Both the position numbers and the translations under genes were made by a program. 24,000 nt of DNA from Nitrososphaerota archaeon (GTDB taxonomy: Archaea > Thermoproteota > Nitrososphaeria_A > Caldarchaeales > Caldarchaeaceae). Each line of letters starts with the position of its first letter. Positions within the stretch are counted from its first letter, which is position 1. Below, piece by piece: positions 23,399-24,000 of this stretch. The DNA is taken from contig JAWAEB010000014.1 of assembly GCA_038891515.1 (NCBI GenBank), forward strand, positions 1-24,000, read 5' to 3'. The notes under the pieces are model-generated. The model had not been told where the DNA came from. It did no database searches and saw nothing but the letters and a program-made list of their open reading frames with translations.

Positions 23399-24000
23399 TC
23401 AACTGGGCAGGTTGAAAAATCGGAGGATTTCTATATGTATGTCCGATCTGACGGGGAAGTAGATGAAGGCCCAGATTAGTTGGGCTGTTGTCAGTGATGC
23501 AAGGACGGCCCTTGGAAAGCTGCCATTCTCCAGCATGAGGACAAGTCCAATGACAAGACCGGGAAGGGCGGTGACAAAGTAAAATGGATAGACCCAACGG
23601 CTGAGGAGATAGCCCAGCAGGTAGTATATGCCATAGTTTAGGGCTAGCCAGCTCAGGACGAACGCCTCGGATTTGACTGTGCTGCCTTTCCTAATGCTTG
23701 ATATCATCTGGTTTATCATGACCGGCACAACCACCAATGTTGTCCACCAGTAGGGGCTGTATATCCCCCAAAAGGCTATTGGATGCCACGACCTAACACC
23801 GTCGGAGACTGTCTGCACATTGAAGGGCATGGGTTGGAACTGCTGGATTGGTGAGACCCAGCTGAACGGCAGGTCCACAACGGTTCCAGAGCGGTCCACA
23901 CACCTGAAGGGTAGGCTGTACTGGACGCAGTTGTATCTAAGCTGGCTATGGTAGGTGAGCATGTAGTCGAGGTGGGCGAAGGGGTTGGAGTAGGCCTGGT
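23399..24000 (-). CDS. Polytopic membrane protein, probably the C-terminal part of a GT39/PMT-like (dolichyl-phosphate-sugar dependent) glycosyltransferase; 5' end lies outside the window
   Basis: The frame stays open upstream of the track Met (23962) to the window edge. The loop ..PFSWVSPIQQFQPMPF..VRSWHPIAFWGIYSPYWWTTLVVV.. followed by four TM helices resembles the PMT C-terminal 4-TM module. The stop is 6 nt before the nucS start. Confidence 0.45.
   Translation of the reverse strand, partial: QAYSNPFAHLDYMLTYHSQLRYNCVQYSLPFRCVDRSGTVVDLPFSWVSPIQQFQPMPFNVQTVSDGVRSWHPIAFWGIYSPYWWTTLVVVPVMINQMISSIRKGSTVKSEAFVLSWLALNYGIYYLLGYLLSRWVYPFYFVTALPGLVIGLVLMLENGSFPRAVLASLTTAQLIWAFIYFPVRSDIHIEILRFFNLPS

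Noticed and set aside
1-24000. A scan for CRISPR arrays, rRNA genes, inteins in lig, ileS or metK, and C/D-box sRNAs.
   Set aside because: No regularly spaced direct repeats were seen. The lengths of lig (589 aa), ileS (1061 aa) and MAT (412 aa) are normal, with contiguous motifs. The TGATGA occurrences I noticed (for example near 300, 5575, 6305, 10000 and 11245) fall inside coding regions and lack a correctly spaced CTGA partner. This was an eye scan, not an exhaustive search.

Overview
Archaeal chromosomal segment, probably from a thermophilic crenarchaeal-type (Thermoproteota) genome; the lineage call is inference. Support: archaeal-type SAM synthetase, LSm, MptA/MptE, NucS, ATP-dependent DNA ligase, Sec11-type signal peptidase, TTAAATA-like TATA boxes about 25 nt upstream of starts, and many GTG/TTG starts. 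From about 7.5 kb to 24 kb the window is tightly packed housekeeping: CitG-like protein, endonuclease IV, signal peptidase I, a 910-aa multi-domain surface protein, a 177-aa unknown, DNA ligase, mptA-mptE, ileS, a membrane double zinc-ribbon protein, LSm, SAM synthetase, nucS and a partial GT39-like glycosyltransferase. The window opens with a partial phnC-like ATPase and phnE. Between about 1.3 kb and 7.5 kb lies an accessory patch that looks AT-richer by eye (not computed). It holds an orphan tRNA 3' half, two decayed IS6-like elements in direct orientation plus a third transposase fragment, a single-motif LAGLIDADG ORF running antisense into an intact tRNA-Gly(GCC), and a co-oriented gene pair. 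That pair, a UbiD-family decarboxylase with an extra C-terminal tail and a 7-TM membrane domain fused to a KaiC/RecA-like ATPase, is my best candidate for an undescribed module. No CRISPR array, rRNA or intein was seen. All family calls rest on motifs read by eye from the translations; no database search was run.
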